A stretch of 64,000 nucleotides of DNA from a virus (lineage: Duplodnaviria > Caudoviricetes), in IMG/VR virus record IMGVR_UViG_3300006734_000007, positions 1,907 to 65,906 of that record; one strand, given 5' to 3'. Positions 49,691-59,000 of this stretch are shown here, in pieces. A program made the translations under genes and the position numbers. The notes beneath the pieces were generated by a model, which did not search any database, was not told the DNA's origin, and saw only the letters and a list, made by a program, of their open reading frames with translations. Every line of letters starts with the position of its first letter. Position 1 is the first letter of the stretch.

Positions 49691-52600
49691 AACCACCATA
49701 TATGTTTTGTGCAGGTGCTGCCGGCATTAATTGATTATATTGTTGAAGAAGTGCAGCATTAGAACTATTATTCTTATATACTTTAGCATCTGCAATTGCT
49801 TGTTCAGATAAACGCTTTCTACCTTCTAAAGTAGCAGCTTCATCAGGATAATCTATTTTATATTGTGCATATAATTCTGCAGCAGTTAAACCTGATCCTG
49901 AATCTTGGCCAGTTAATGGTGTACCACCAGCAAACTCAAGATCTCCTCCATAACTAGGTCTAATATTCCAATTAGGAGTCAACATGTTTTGAACTTGCGC
50001 TTTAGCAGCATTAGTTTCAGCTTGCATTAAATCTGTACCTAATTGCCTACGCATTGCTCTATTAAAGTTATCAGCACCTTGACGCATTGTAACCCAACCT
50101 GCATAATCCTTACCTAAACGTTCAGCATTATAGAGATCTTCTTTAGTTTCTAAATCAAGAGCTTTATCATAATACTGTTGTACAGCCGGGATGTTATAGT
50201 TAGCCACATCTGCAAGAATCTTAGCAGAACCTTCTAAACCTCTTCCTGCTACATCACTAAGTGTATAACCTAAACCTTGCATTCCTTGACCATAAGCTCC
50301 TAGTGCACTAGCTTGTATTTTTTGTTGAGCTAAGTTTTGATTAAGGTCTGTCATTGGAGATCTTAAAATTAAATCAGGTCTACCAAACTCTACACGTTTA
50401 CTCCAAGGTCCATATTCTTTAGCTGACATCCAATTAGCTAAATCAGTACCTATATTAATCATGTCCTGTTTCCAATATTCTTTTGGAATATATCCTTTAA
50501 AACCTGGTGTTTCTGGATCATAAGGTTCATCCCAAGGTTTTAGTTCTCCTTGATCATCTTCTAAGTTTACATTATCTAATTCAAAAGCACTAGTATCTGT
50601 ATAATATCCATCAGCTGGTGAAATTTTTCCATATGGTTCATCACCTGCACCAACATTTGGAACGCTGATACCATACAATTTAGATGTTACATCAGCATCT
50701 AAATTTCCTGCATCTTTATCCATTGCTAGTTTTGTGTAACCCCAGTGTGTTATTTGTTCTAAAGCAACTTCTTCAGAACCCCAACCTCCAACAGGTTCAC
50801 CTATTGCATTAAATAAATCAGATATTTTACTATTTTGATTTAAACCTAAAGCATTATATTTATCTTTCTTTTGTTGAGTTAAAGAAGACCAATTTATTTT
50901 ACCTTGGGCATCAGAAAAATCTGCAGCATCAACACCATATGTTTGCAGCTTCATATTACGGCGTTGCATTTTTAAATGTAGATCAACAATTTGATCATTA
51001 GTCATATTATCAATCTTATTTTGAAAGCTAGCTTTTTTTCCAGCATCACTCCAAAAATCTGAATATCCTCCATTCTTACGTTCAAAAGATTTTTCATCTT
51101 TAGCAGCTGCTCTTACTCTATCTGCAAATTCTTTTTTAACCTTTTCATCTCTAAGAACATCTGATAAATATTGATATTTATTTTTTACTGCATTAGTAAA
51201 ATCTGCATTATCACTACCCCAAGTATCAGAACCTTGGTAATCTCTTTTTGCTATTGGAGACTTTACAGGAACTCTTATTACTTTATGATATGTACCATCT
51301 GCTTTTTTTACATAATCTCCTACTTCTACTTTAGTTGGATCACCACTGTTATAATCATCTTCTGTAATTATTCTACCTTCAGGTACATTTTTCTTAGCAG
51401 TAGGTCTACTAGATAATTGACCACCTTGCGTATTAGATTGAATTTGATTTAAAACATTAGGATCTAGTGGAACCAATTGACCAACAGTTGGATCATATAC
51501 ATAGTATACTCCATCAATCATCATGATCCCAGGATTGTTTTGAGTTTTTTGTCTACGTCTAAAAGGAAATCTAACTGGTGTACCTCCTGATGTTAATGCT
51601 TGATAAGCTTCAGGATCATTCCTTTTAATTTTTCTTAGTGTTTTCCTTGGGACATCTGATGAAATTTGTGCCATGGGAATAGAATCTGCCCCTACTCTAT
51701 TCCCCGTAAAAAAATCCGGCATGTATGGCATAAACTGGCCACTTGCTTGATACATTGGATAAGCTCCACCTGCTCCGTATGTAGATTTACTATATTTAGC
51801 TTTATCTATACCTTTAATTTTATCTTGAACATATTGAGGCAAAGCTCTAAATCCTGGATTATCATAAGAACCTCCAGATTTATAAAATCCTTTAATAGGA
51901 TCAAAATTTGTAGAATAATCATATTCAAAAGTTGGTCTATAATGTTTACCACTTGGACCTACTTGATAGTAATCTTTTAAGTAATCTGCTTCCGTTGCAT
52001 ACTTACCACCAGCCCATTTACCTCTTAAAAAATTATCCAACATTTTTCTTTTTGCTGGAATTTTCATATCATCTTCATGAGATGTTAAAACATTAAATTG
52101 TCTACCAGTTTCTAAATACTCTGTAGGTTCATATGTCACTCTTACTTCACCAGTTACAGGATCTGTATATTCTATTGGTGTAGTTTCTCCTGTAAAAAAT
52201 TCATATTTATCAATTCTATCAACATCTTCAGAAATTTGAGCTCTTTGCAAAAATCTACCAAGTTTTGCCATTGGTGGTTCTTCCATTAAAGCTTGAGCTT
52301 CTGGCGCCATTCCTTGTTGTGCCATCATTGCTGCTTCTTCTGGTGAAGGACCTTGTTGCATTTGTCCTTGAGCCATTGCAATAACTTCTTCAATCATTGG
52401 TACTACTTGTTCAGGTGGCATTCCTATTGCTAATAAAGCTTCTTGAATTGTTTGTGGTTCAACTCCTTGATTTAGAAGTTCTATTATTACATCTTGTGGT
52501 TGAGCACCTTGTTCCATCATTTGCTGAATCATCATCATGACTTCTTCACCTGGTGCAGAACCTTGTTGCATTGGGATGGGTCCACCCCCTTGATACATTC

Positions 52601-53333
52601 TTTTATACATACCTCCAGTTTTATACGATTTTATAAAATTACCTAATTTAGCCATTGATTCATCAGCAGCCATCATTTGTTGTTGTTCTTGTTTTTGTTG
52701 TGGTAAGATCTGATTTGGATCAATACCATTTTTTTCTAAAGCTATATTTCCTATTTCAGGAATACCTTCTTGAAATCCTTTTTCTGATTCTACATATAAT
52801 GCAAGATAAGAAAGCATCAGATTGTTCTTTTTCATCATTCTTTCTGCAGTTTCCTTTTCTATTTTATCTGTATCTGGATTTAATAGAACTTCTGAAAACT
52901 TAGAATTATCAAAACGCATTGCAATTTCAGCAGGAGTATATCCCTTTTTACGAGGACTTAATCCAAAGAACTTTAGAATCTCTGGATCTTTAATTGCCAT
53001 CTTTTTATATTGAGAATAAATAAATGCTCCTGGTTCAGCTGCTAGTTTAACACCACCTCTAGAATGTGGTTTACCTTTAATTTTAAAAGTATCTATCATT
53101 CCTGCTTGACCAGGTTGTGCAATAAACTCTCCACCTTCAGCTTCTATATTTGGTGTACTTTTAGTATTTGTAATTGTTTTTCTTACAGACACAGGTTCTT
53201 CACCAAACTGATTAAGACCAGGATCTTTTTGCATAGAGCTCTTAAAATAATTTTCAAGTCCTATGTGTGTCCCAGTCTTTGCTTTCTTAAGTGGTGCTTT
53301 AGTTATTTTAACTCTTTTTTTCATAGACATCAA
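49689..53333 (-). CDS. virion cargo-type protein (1214 aa) with IEAEGGE domain and repeated linker motifs
   Basis: NIEAEGGEF...GKPHSRGGV...FIYS N-terminal domain, Q/M-rich region, multiple AKxG / YxxGG / AQIS motifs. Confidence 0.7.
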   Translation of the reverse strand: MMSMKKRVKITKAPLKKAKTGTHIGLENYFKSSMQKDPGLNQFGEEPVSVRKTITNTKSTPNIEAEGGEFIAQPGQAGMIDTFKIKGKPHSRGGVKLAAEPGAFIYSQYKKMAIKDPEILKFFGLSPRKKGYTPAEIAMRFDNSKFSEVLLNPDTDKIEKETAERMMKKNNLMLSYLALYVESEKGFQEGIPEIGNIALEKNGIDPNQILPQQKQEQQQMMAADESMAKLGNFIKSYKTGGMYKRMYQGGGPIPMQQGSAPGEEVMMMIQQMMEQGAQPQDVIIELLNQGVEPQTIQEALLAIGMPPEQVVPMIEEVIAMAQGQMQQGPSPEEAAMMAQQGMAPEAQALMEEPPMAKLGRFLQRAQISEDVDRIDKYEFFTGETTPIEYTDPVTGEVRVTYEPTEYLETGRQFNVLTSHEDDMKIPAKRKMLDNFLRGKWAGGKYATEADYLKDYYQVGPSGKHYRPTFEYDYSTNFDPIKGFYKSGGSYDNPGFRALPQYVQDKIKGIDKAKYSKSTYGAGGAYPMYQASGQFMPYMPDFFTGNRVGADSIPMAQISSDVPRKTLRKIKRNDPEAYQALTSGGTPVRFPFRRRQKTQNNPGIMMIDGVYYVYDPTVGQLVPLDPNVLNQIQSNTQGGQLSSRPTAKKNVPEGRIITEDDYNSGDPTKVEVGDYVKKADGTYHKVIRVPVKSPIAKRDYQGSDTWGSDNADFTNAVKNKYQYLSDVLRDEKVKKEFADRVRAAAKDEKSFERKNGGYSDFWSDAGKKASFQNKIDNMTNDQIVDLHLKMQRRNMKLQTYGVDAADFSDAQGKINWSSLTQQKKDKYNALGLNQNSKISDLFNAIGEPVGGWGSEEVALEQITHWGYTKLAMDKDAGNLDADVTSKLYGISVPNVGAGDEPYGKISPADGYYTDTSAFELDNVNLEDDQGELKPWDEPYDPETPGFKGYIPKEYWKQDMINIGTDLANWMSAKEYGPWSKRVEFGRPDLILRSPMTDLNQNLAQQKIQASALGAYGQGMQGLGYTLSDVAGRGLEGSAKILADVANYNIPAVQQYYDKALDLETKEDLYNAERLGKDYAGWVTMRQGADNFNRAMRRQLGTDLMQAETNAAKAQVQNMLTPNWNIRPSYGGDLEFAGGTPLTGQDSGSGLTAAELYAQYKIDYPDEAATLEGRKRLSEQAIADAKVYKNNSSNAALLQQYNQLMPAAPAQNIYGG

Positions 53334-55999
53334 ATATACTCAAATTCATAACCTGCATCAATTAATGCTTGTAAATCTTCATCACTATATTCTCCTACAT
53401 CACCTACAGACAATCCAAATTGAGCTGTAGCAATTGGAACTTCAAATCCTCCTGCACTTCCTCTTAAGCGATGAGGCATTAAACCTGGAGTAAATGGATT
53501 TCTATTTACTTCATGCTGACCTCTTTCAGCTAAACTTACTGCAGTACTTTCTTCTGTAGATCTATTAAAATCTAACATTTGTTTTGCTAATTGTCTTTCA
53601 TCTCTATTAAAAAAATTAGCAGTTGCATAAGCTGCAGGTGTATAAAAGTTTGCAACCGCTCTTTCTACTCTTCCATCATCTACTTTTTCCAACTCTAATT
53701 CATCAGAATTAGCCCGCCATGTGTTCATTACATTTTGACCCCAATTAGGATTCCATAATGGATTATCTAAAAGTTGATTAGTGTCATACATTCCTTGACC
53801 TGGTAAGAAAGCGCTAGCTTGAGCTTTAGGTACATACCCATCATTAAATGCTGAAATATTCCCTCCTCTTCTTTTTTTATCTAGAGTAAATCCTTTAAAT
53901 TTCATAGGTCTATTAGCTTTACTAATTATATCTTTTACTCTTTGTTCATATTCATCAGCACTATAATATATAGTGTCATTTGGCCACCAAGTTACATTTT
54001 TGACTTCATAATATTTTCCATCTTTTACTCCTAATACTCCCAGCGCACCTTTATGCATATATCTCATAGGTGTTTTAGGATTTTCAGGATCATACATTAC
54101 TACGCCAAAAGAATCATCTACATCTTTAGAATTCTGAGCTTTTGGTGTTGATCCACTAAATTTATAAATAGTAGGTGGAAAATAAGCTTGGTTTGCATCA
54201 TATGTTGGAGTACCCTGTAAAGGATGCGATGTAATATTTTGTTGTGCTGTAATATTAGTATTTGGTTGTTTAGGATTTGCCGGATCAAAATAATAAAGCT
54301 TTGAAGTCTTTTTACCCATACCTGGTTCATAACCTGTAATAATTGCATCTTCAGGAACACCTTTTGGTGCATAATATTGATTATGACTCCAATCTTTCAT
54401 TGCAGTTTTTAAAGCATTTTGAAAACCTCCTTGAATATCATAAGATCCTTGATTATTTATAATATAGTTATAAGCTTGCGCATCAAATGCTGGAGGGTTC
54501 TGAACTGTATTTTCAAATAACCATGGTTTTGAAGAATTTTTATATCCAGTACTTAAACCTTGACCAACTGTAGGCCACGATACTCCAGTGCTTTGAGTTT
54601 GAACTGTAGGCCAAGGTACTCCACCATTTATTTGATAATTTTGTAAATTACCACCTATTTCTTTTTTAGGTACACAATTTGGAACTTGTCTTCCACCTTT
54701 GTTTTTCATACCTACCATCTTATAATTTTTCCAACAAGGTCCTTTACTGCCTCCAGTTTTATAAGTATCAAATACTTCTCCACCTGCTTGAAGATTGCGC
54801 ATTGCTTTTGCAAATCTAGCTCTTTTTTGCACAGTTTTATCTGGAGAGTTTAATCCACGCTCTATACATTCTGCTGTTACTTTACCTCCGCAATATTGTG
54901 TAAAAGCACCTACAGTACCTTTATTCTTCATTTGTTTTACAGCTCCTTGAATCCATTTCTTTTTAGATCCACTCTTTTTAAATTCAGGTAAACTTTCAGA
55001 AGCATAATTTAAAATATCTATAGAATCTGCAATAGGTCCATCGGTTTGAAAGTTTTGTATATTCTGCTGCATGGTTCCTATAAACCCTTGTAAATAACTT
55101 GATCCTTCTGGTTTAGAACCTGATCCTTGAGATAGTTGATTAAAAGGCATGTTATTTTCACCACCTGCTTTAAATACTTTTGGTGTACTTCTGCGAGATG
55201 TATCAAATGTAAATAAGTCTTTTACTTTATCTGCAACACTATCATATGCCTTATTTATATTATTCCAATCTAAATTACTTTTTAAAGAAACATTTGCATA
55301 AGGAAAAATACCTTTACCCTTATTTTCAATGAGCGATCCTCTTACTCCACCTTTAACTCCCAAACTAACACCATCTCTATTTGTAGGATTCCAAAAAAAA
55401 CCTCCTTCTAATATACCAGGTGTAACAGAAAATCTTTTTTCTGGATCTACATATTTTTCTGATTCACGAGAAGGTTTAGTAAAGTATTGATCTATATTTC
55501 TAGCCTCATTTCCATAACCTGCACCTACATAACCTCTCCATTCTCCAGATTTTAAATTAGATTCCCAATCAGGTCTATAACCATAGTTTCCAAAACTACC
55601 TTTAAGTAAACCATGCCAACTAGCATTTAATCCACGATTTGGATCATAGCCTGCTCTACCCTGAAACATTGGTTCAATAGTAAATGGAGTTCCAGGAATA
55701 GTTTTAGGTTTAGCTTTAAACTGGCCGGTTGCATGCAAACTTGTACCTGTTTGTTTTTCATAAGGTAATCCAGCATGTAAACCTAAAGTTGCCGATTTAA
55801 ATAAATTTCTAGATAACCCAGGAGAAGAAAAAGTATGTTCTAAACCTAATCCAAATCTTGGATCACCTTCTTGTATACCAGGTTGTCTATGACCACTTAC
55901 ATAATAGTTATAATCTAATGGTTCAACCCTCAATGCAGTTTTACCTTTACTAAACTGAGCTTTAGGTAACTCTTTGTATACACGACATTTCTTTTTCAT
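53330..55999 (-). CDS. modular virion cargo-type protein (~889 aa)
   Basis: Start preferred at 55999: MKKKCRVYKELPKAQ parallels MKKRVKITKAPLKKAK of the next gene, and 56026 lies in the AT-rich leader. Many KAQxS / xxGG motifs. Confidence 0.7.
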   Translation of the reverse strand: MKKKCRVYKELPKAQFSKGKTALRVEPLDYNYYVSGHRQPGIQEGDPRFGLGLEHTFSSPGLSRNLFKSATLGLHAGLPYEKQTGTSLHATGQFKAKPKTIPGTPFTIEPMFQGRAGYDPNRGLNASWHGLLKGSFGNYGYRPDWESNLKSGEWRGYVGAGYGNEARNIDQYFTKPSRESEKYVDPEKRFSVTPGILEGGFFWNPTNRDGVSLGVKGGVRGSLIENKGKGIFPYANVSLKSNLDWNNINKAYDSVADKVKDLFTFDTSRRSTPKVFKAGGENNMPFNQLSQGSGSKPEGSSYLQGFIGTMQQNIQNFQTDGPIADSIDILNYASESLPEFKKSGSKKKWIQGAVKQMKNKGTVGAFTQYCGGKVTAECIERGLNSPDKTVQKRARFAKAMRNLQAGGEVFDTYKTGGSKGPCWKNYKMVGMKNKGGRQVPNCVPKKEIGGNLQNYQINGGVPWPTVQTQSTGVSWPTVGQGLSTGYKNSSKPWLFENTVQNPPAFDAQAYNYIINNQGSYDIQGGFQNALKTAMKDWSHNQYYAPKGVPEDAIITGYEPGMGKKTSKLYYFDPANPKQPNTNITAQQNITSHPLQGTPTYDANQAYFPPTIYKFSGSTPKAQNSKDVDDSFGVVMYDPENPKTPMRYMHKGALGVLGVKDGKYYEVKNVTWWPNDTIYYSADEYEQRVKDIISKANRPMKFKGFTLDKKRRGGNISAFNDGYVPKAQASAFLPGQGMYDTNQLLDNPLWNPNWGQNVMNTWRANSDELELEKVDDGRVERAVANFYTPAAYATANFFNRDERQLAKQMLDFNRSTEESTAVSLAERGQHEVNRNPFTPGLMPHRLRGSAGGFEVPIATAQFGLSVGDVGEYSDEDLQALIDAGYEFEYI

Positions 56000-56038
56000 A
56001 AGATGGATTGTATTTATAATATACAAAATTTAATTGTG

Positions 56039-56064
56039 AAAACCTATAAAGTTTAGAGGTTTAG
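56039..56064 (-). promoter_or_regulatory. intergenic conserved motif, copy 2
   Basis: AAAACCTATAAAGTTTAGAGGTTTAG shares AAACYTATAAAGTTTARA with 49662-49679; followed on the - strand by TTTTGTATATTATA. Confidence 0.45.
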
Positions 56065-59000
56065 TCTTCTACAACTACTTTAAAACCTTGGCTTTCTAAA
56101 TCTTTAATTTCTTGATCAGTTAAATATTCTACTGTGTAATCTTGGACTTCACCTCCTGATTGAAATTTAAATCTACGATTATCATCTTGCGCAGAGCTTT
56201 TTGATATAGCTGCTGCTCCTGCTATAGGTAAAACAATTGCTGGTGCTTTATTTAATACTTTAGAAAGAAGATCAAAATTATCTTTTTTATTTTTCATTAT
56301 ATCAAATATTCTTAATGGTATTTCTTTACCTTCACTAAGCTCTTGTTTCATATATTTATTGTAATGAGTTTTTAACATTTTTGGATTTATCTCATCATAT
56401 AAATCTTTAATAACTCCTCTATCAAGTAAGTCTTGCCTTAGCTCAAGTAAAAAAGGTAGTTTTTCCTGACCTTTAGAACCTTCTTGAAAATATCTTTTAC
56501 TTCTTCCAAAATATTCAGGTGAAGCCTTAAATTTTGACCATCCTACATCACCCGCACTTAATTCAGTTTGTATATCAGTAAATAGATCATCATCCTTAAG
56601 AACTAAATTTTCAAGCTCTTTATCTAAATTAGTCATAGCTCCTTTTTGTAATAGATGACCTATTTCATGCTCTATAATTTGTTTCATATCATCAGGAAGA
56701 TTATTTTCTCCTAACCCTGCATAATGTTTATTATAAGGCAAGTCGTCCATATAAGCTATTTCCATTTTGCCATTTTTAATTTTAGTTCTTACCCAATCAA
56801 TAGGTGCTCTTCCACCCATATAAGCATTAGAAGGACCAAATTCATTTACCTTAATTCTTGAATCACGAATACTTTGTTCAATTAATTTAGCTTCATCATC
56901 TAATTTTGATATTTCATTCATCCATACATCTCTAGATATTTTACCTTCTTCTACTAAATTATCAAATTGATTTTGCTTAGAAATATTTTTTTCTAATTCT
57001 TGCAGTTTATTTAAATATAAAAGATTATCATTATCTAAACCAGCTATAGATTCAACATAATTTTCTGGAGTTATACCCGCTTCTTTCAACCAAGGAGTAT
57101 CATCAATCATATCTTGCAATCTTTTCTTACCTTCAGGTGTAGACCATTTTTCTACTTTATTTGCTTGAACATCTGATATTGCATCTGATATCATTTCATG
57201 AGCTTTTTTATTAGGATTAGACCAATCAATTTTACTACTAAACATATCAGCCACATCTTCTATGTCTACATCAGATGCTTTATACACATCTTCACCGGAT
57301 CCTTCAAGCTTAGATCTTACACCTAGTTTATTTGATGCTTTCAATTCAGCAGGAGTGCTCATACTTTTAGATAAATTCTTTAAACTTTTAATATTACCTA
57401 AAAGAGGTAAGCCTAATAAACCTAATCCGGCCATTTCTGGACTAAACTCTCCTTCATCTTGGTATTGATTATACATTGCCAATCCTGTTGCCCCTGCTAA
57501 ACCTACAGCAGGAATTAAAGAGTTTACATTAATGTTTCCAAATGCATCAGATCCAGTTAATGGTTTTCCGCTTGTTTTATATTTAAAAATATTTTTTTTA
57601 TAATTTTTAATAGCATGTGATATTGCATCATGCATAGGTGTACCAGGTTCATGTTGCTTTAAACTTTCTTTTAAATTTTTAAAAGTACCTATTTCATGAT
57701 CTGTCATATAAATTCTATCTACTTGTGATAATGGAAGATTTTCTGTTAATGGAAAATCATCATCAGGAAAATAATCCTTTAATTGATCACGATTATTTCT
57801 TAAAGTCGCTTCTACTTCAAATTTTTCTATAGGTCTTTCTTTCCATGAACCCCAATTTGTAGGATCATATTTAGAAATTGTTTTTTCAGGACTTTGAGCA
57901 ATTCTTCTCAATTCTTCAATTTCATCTAAAGCTGGTTTTACATTAGGAACATTATTTATTTTATTAAAATTTTTAAGTTTTCCGACACTTTTTATTGCAT
58001 CTCCTACAGCAAGTGGTGATAGATCTAATGCAGCCCATGCTAAATTTTCTGCACCTTTTCTATAACCTTCTCTTGTTCCTTGAGACATTTGTCTATATGC
58101 TTCAGGAAGAGTTCTAGTTGTAGCATCATATACACCATATCCGGTTAATGGATAATTAATTAAAGGATTTGCTAATGCTTCTGGTATAACTGGCGCAGCT
58201 GCAGCAAATAAAGGTAAGCTAGCTACACCTAATCCACCTAATGCAAAATTCTTAGCAACTTCTGCAGTACTAATTCCACCTGGATTAAATATTTGTTCTG
58301 CTCTTTCTGCATCATAAGCAGCATTAGCACCTTGACCTTTTACAACATTTGCGTCAATATGTTTACCAAATGTTTTATAGAACTCATTATACCTACTTTC
58401 TTCAAGTTCACCGGTTTTATATAATCCTCTTAATGTTTCTAATGTCTCAGGATCTTTATATAAATCTGCAACTTTAGTATCTTTAAATTTTTCAGGATTA
58501 GCTTTTCTTAAATACTTTAATGCTGCTTTACCTTTTTTGTAATTGATTTTAGTAGCATCAATTGCAGACTTTAGACGATTAGTTTTTTCTTGTAAATTTT
58601 CTACACTGCTATCTCCTGCAGCATTTTCATAATTTAGATATGTATCATACCCTTCATTTTTTCTAAGCTTTTTATATTCTTTTTGTAATGTTTTAAGCTT
58701 ATCCAAAAACATACCTTGTAAAAAGAATTTATTTGATCCTGGATTATATACGTATTGTGTATCTTCTGGAGCTTTTACAACTAGTGGCTCAACATCACCA
58801 CTAACTTGAAATTTTTCAATCCATTTTTCCCAAGGGTTCATCCCTGTTCTTTTTTTATGAATTGCATATGCATTATTCTTATTTGCTATTTCTTTTTTTC
58901 TATAAACAATTCTTGGATTATTTTCATCTTTATATGCAATATCAATTTCTTTGGCTACATAAGTTTTAGTAAGCGGGTTATATTTCCATTTTTCTACATG

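Noticed and set aside
52260-52700. Gln/Met-rich low-complexity stretch as a DNA repeat element
   Set aside because: It is protein-level low complexity around a small helical domain; there is no exact tandem DNA unit.
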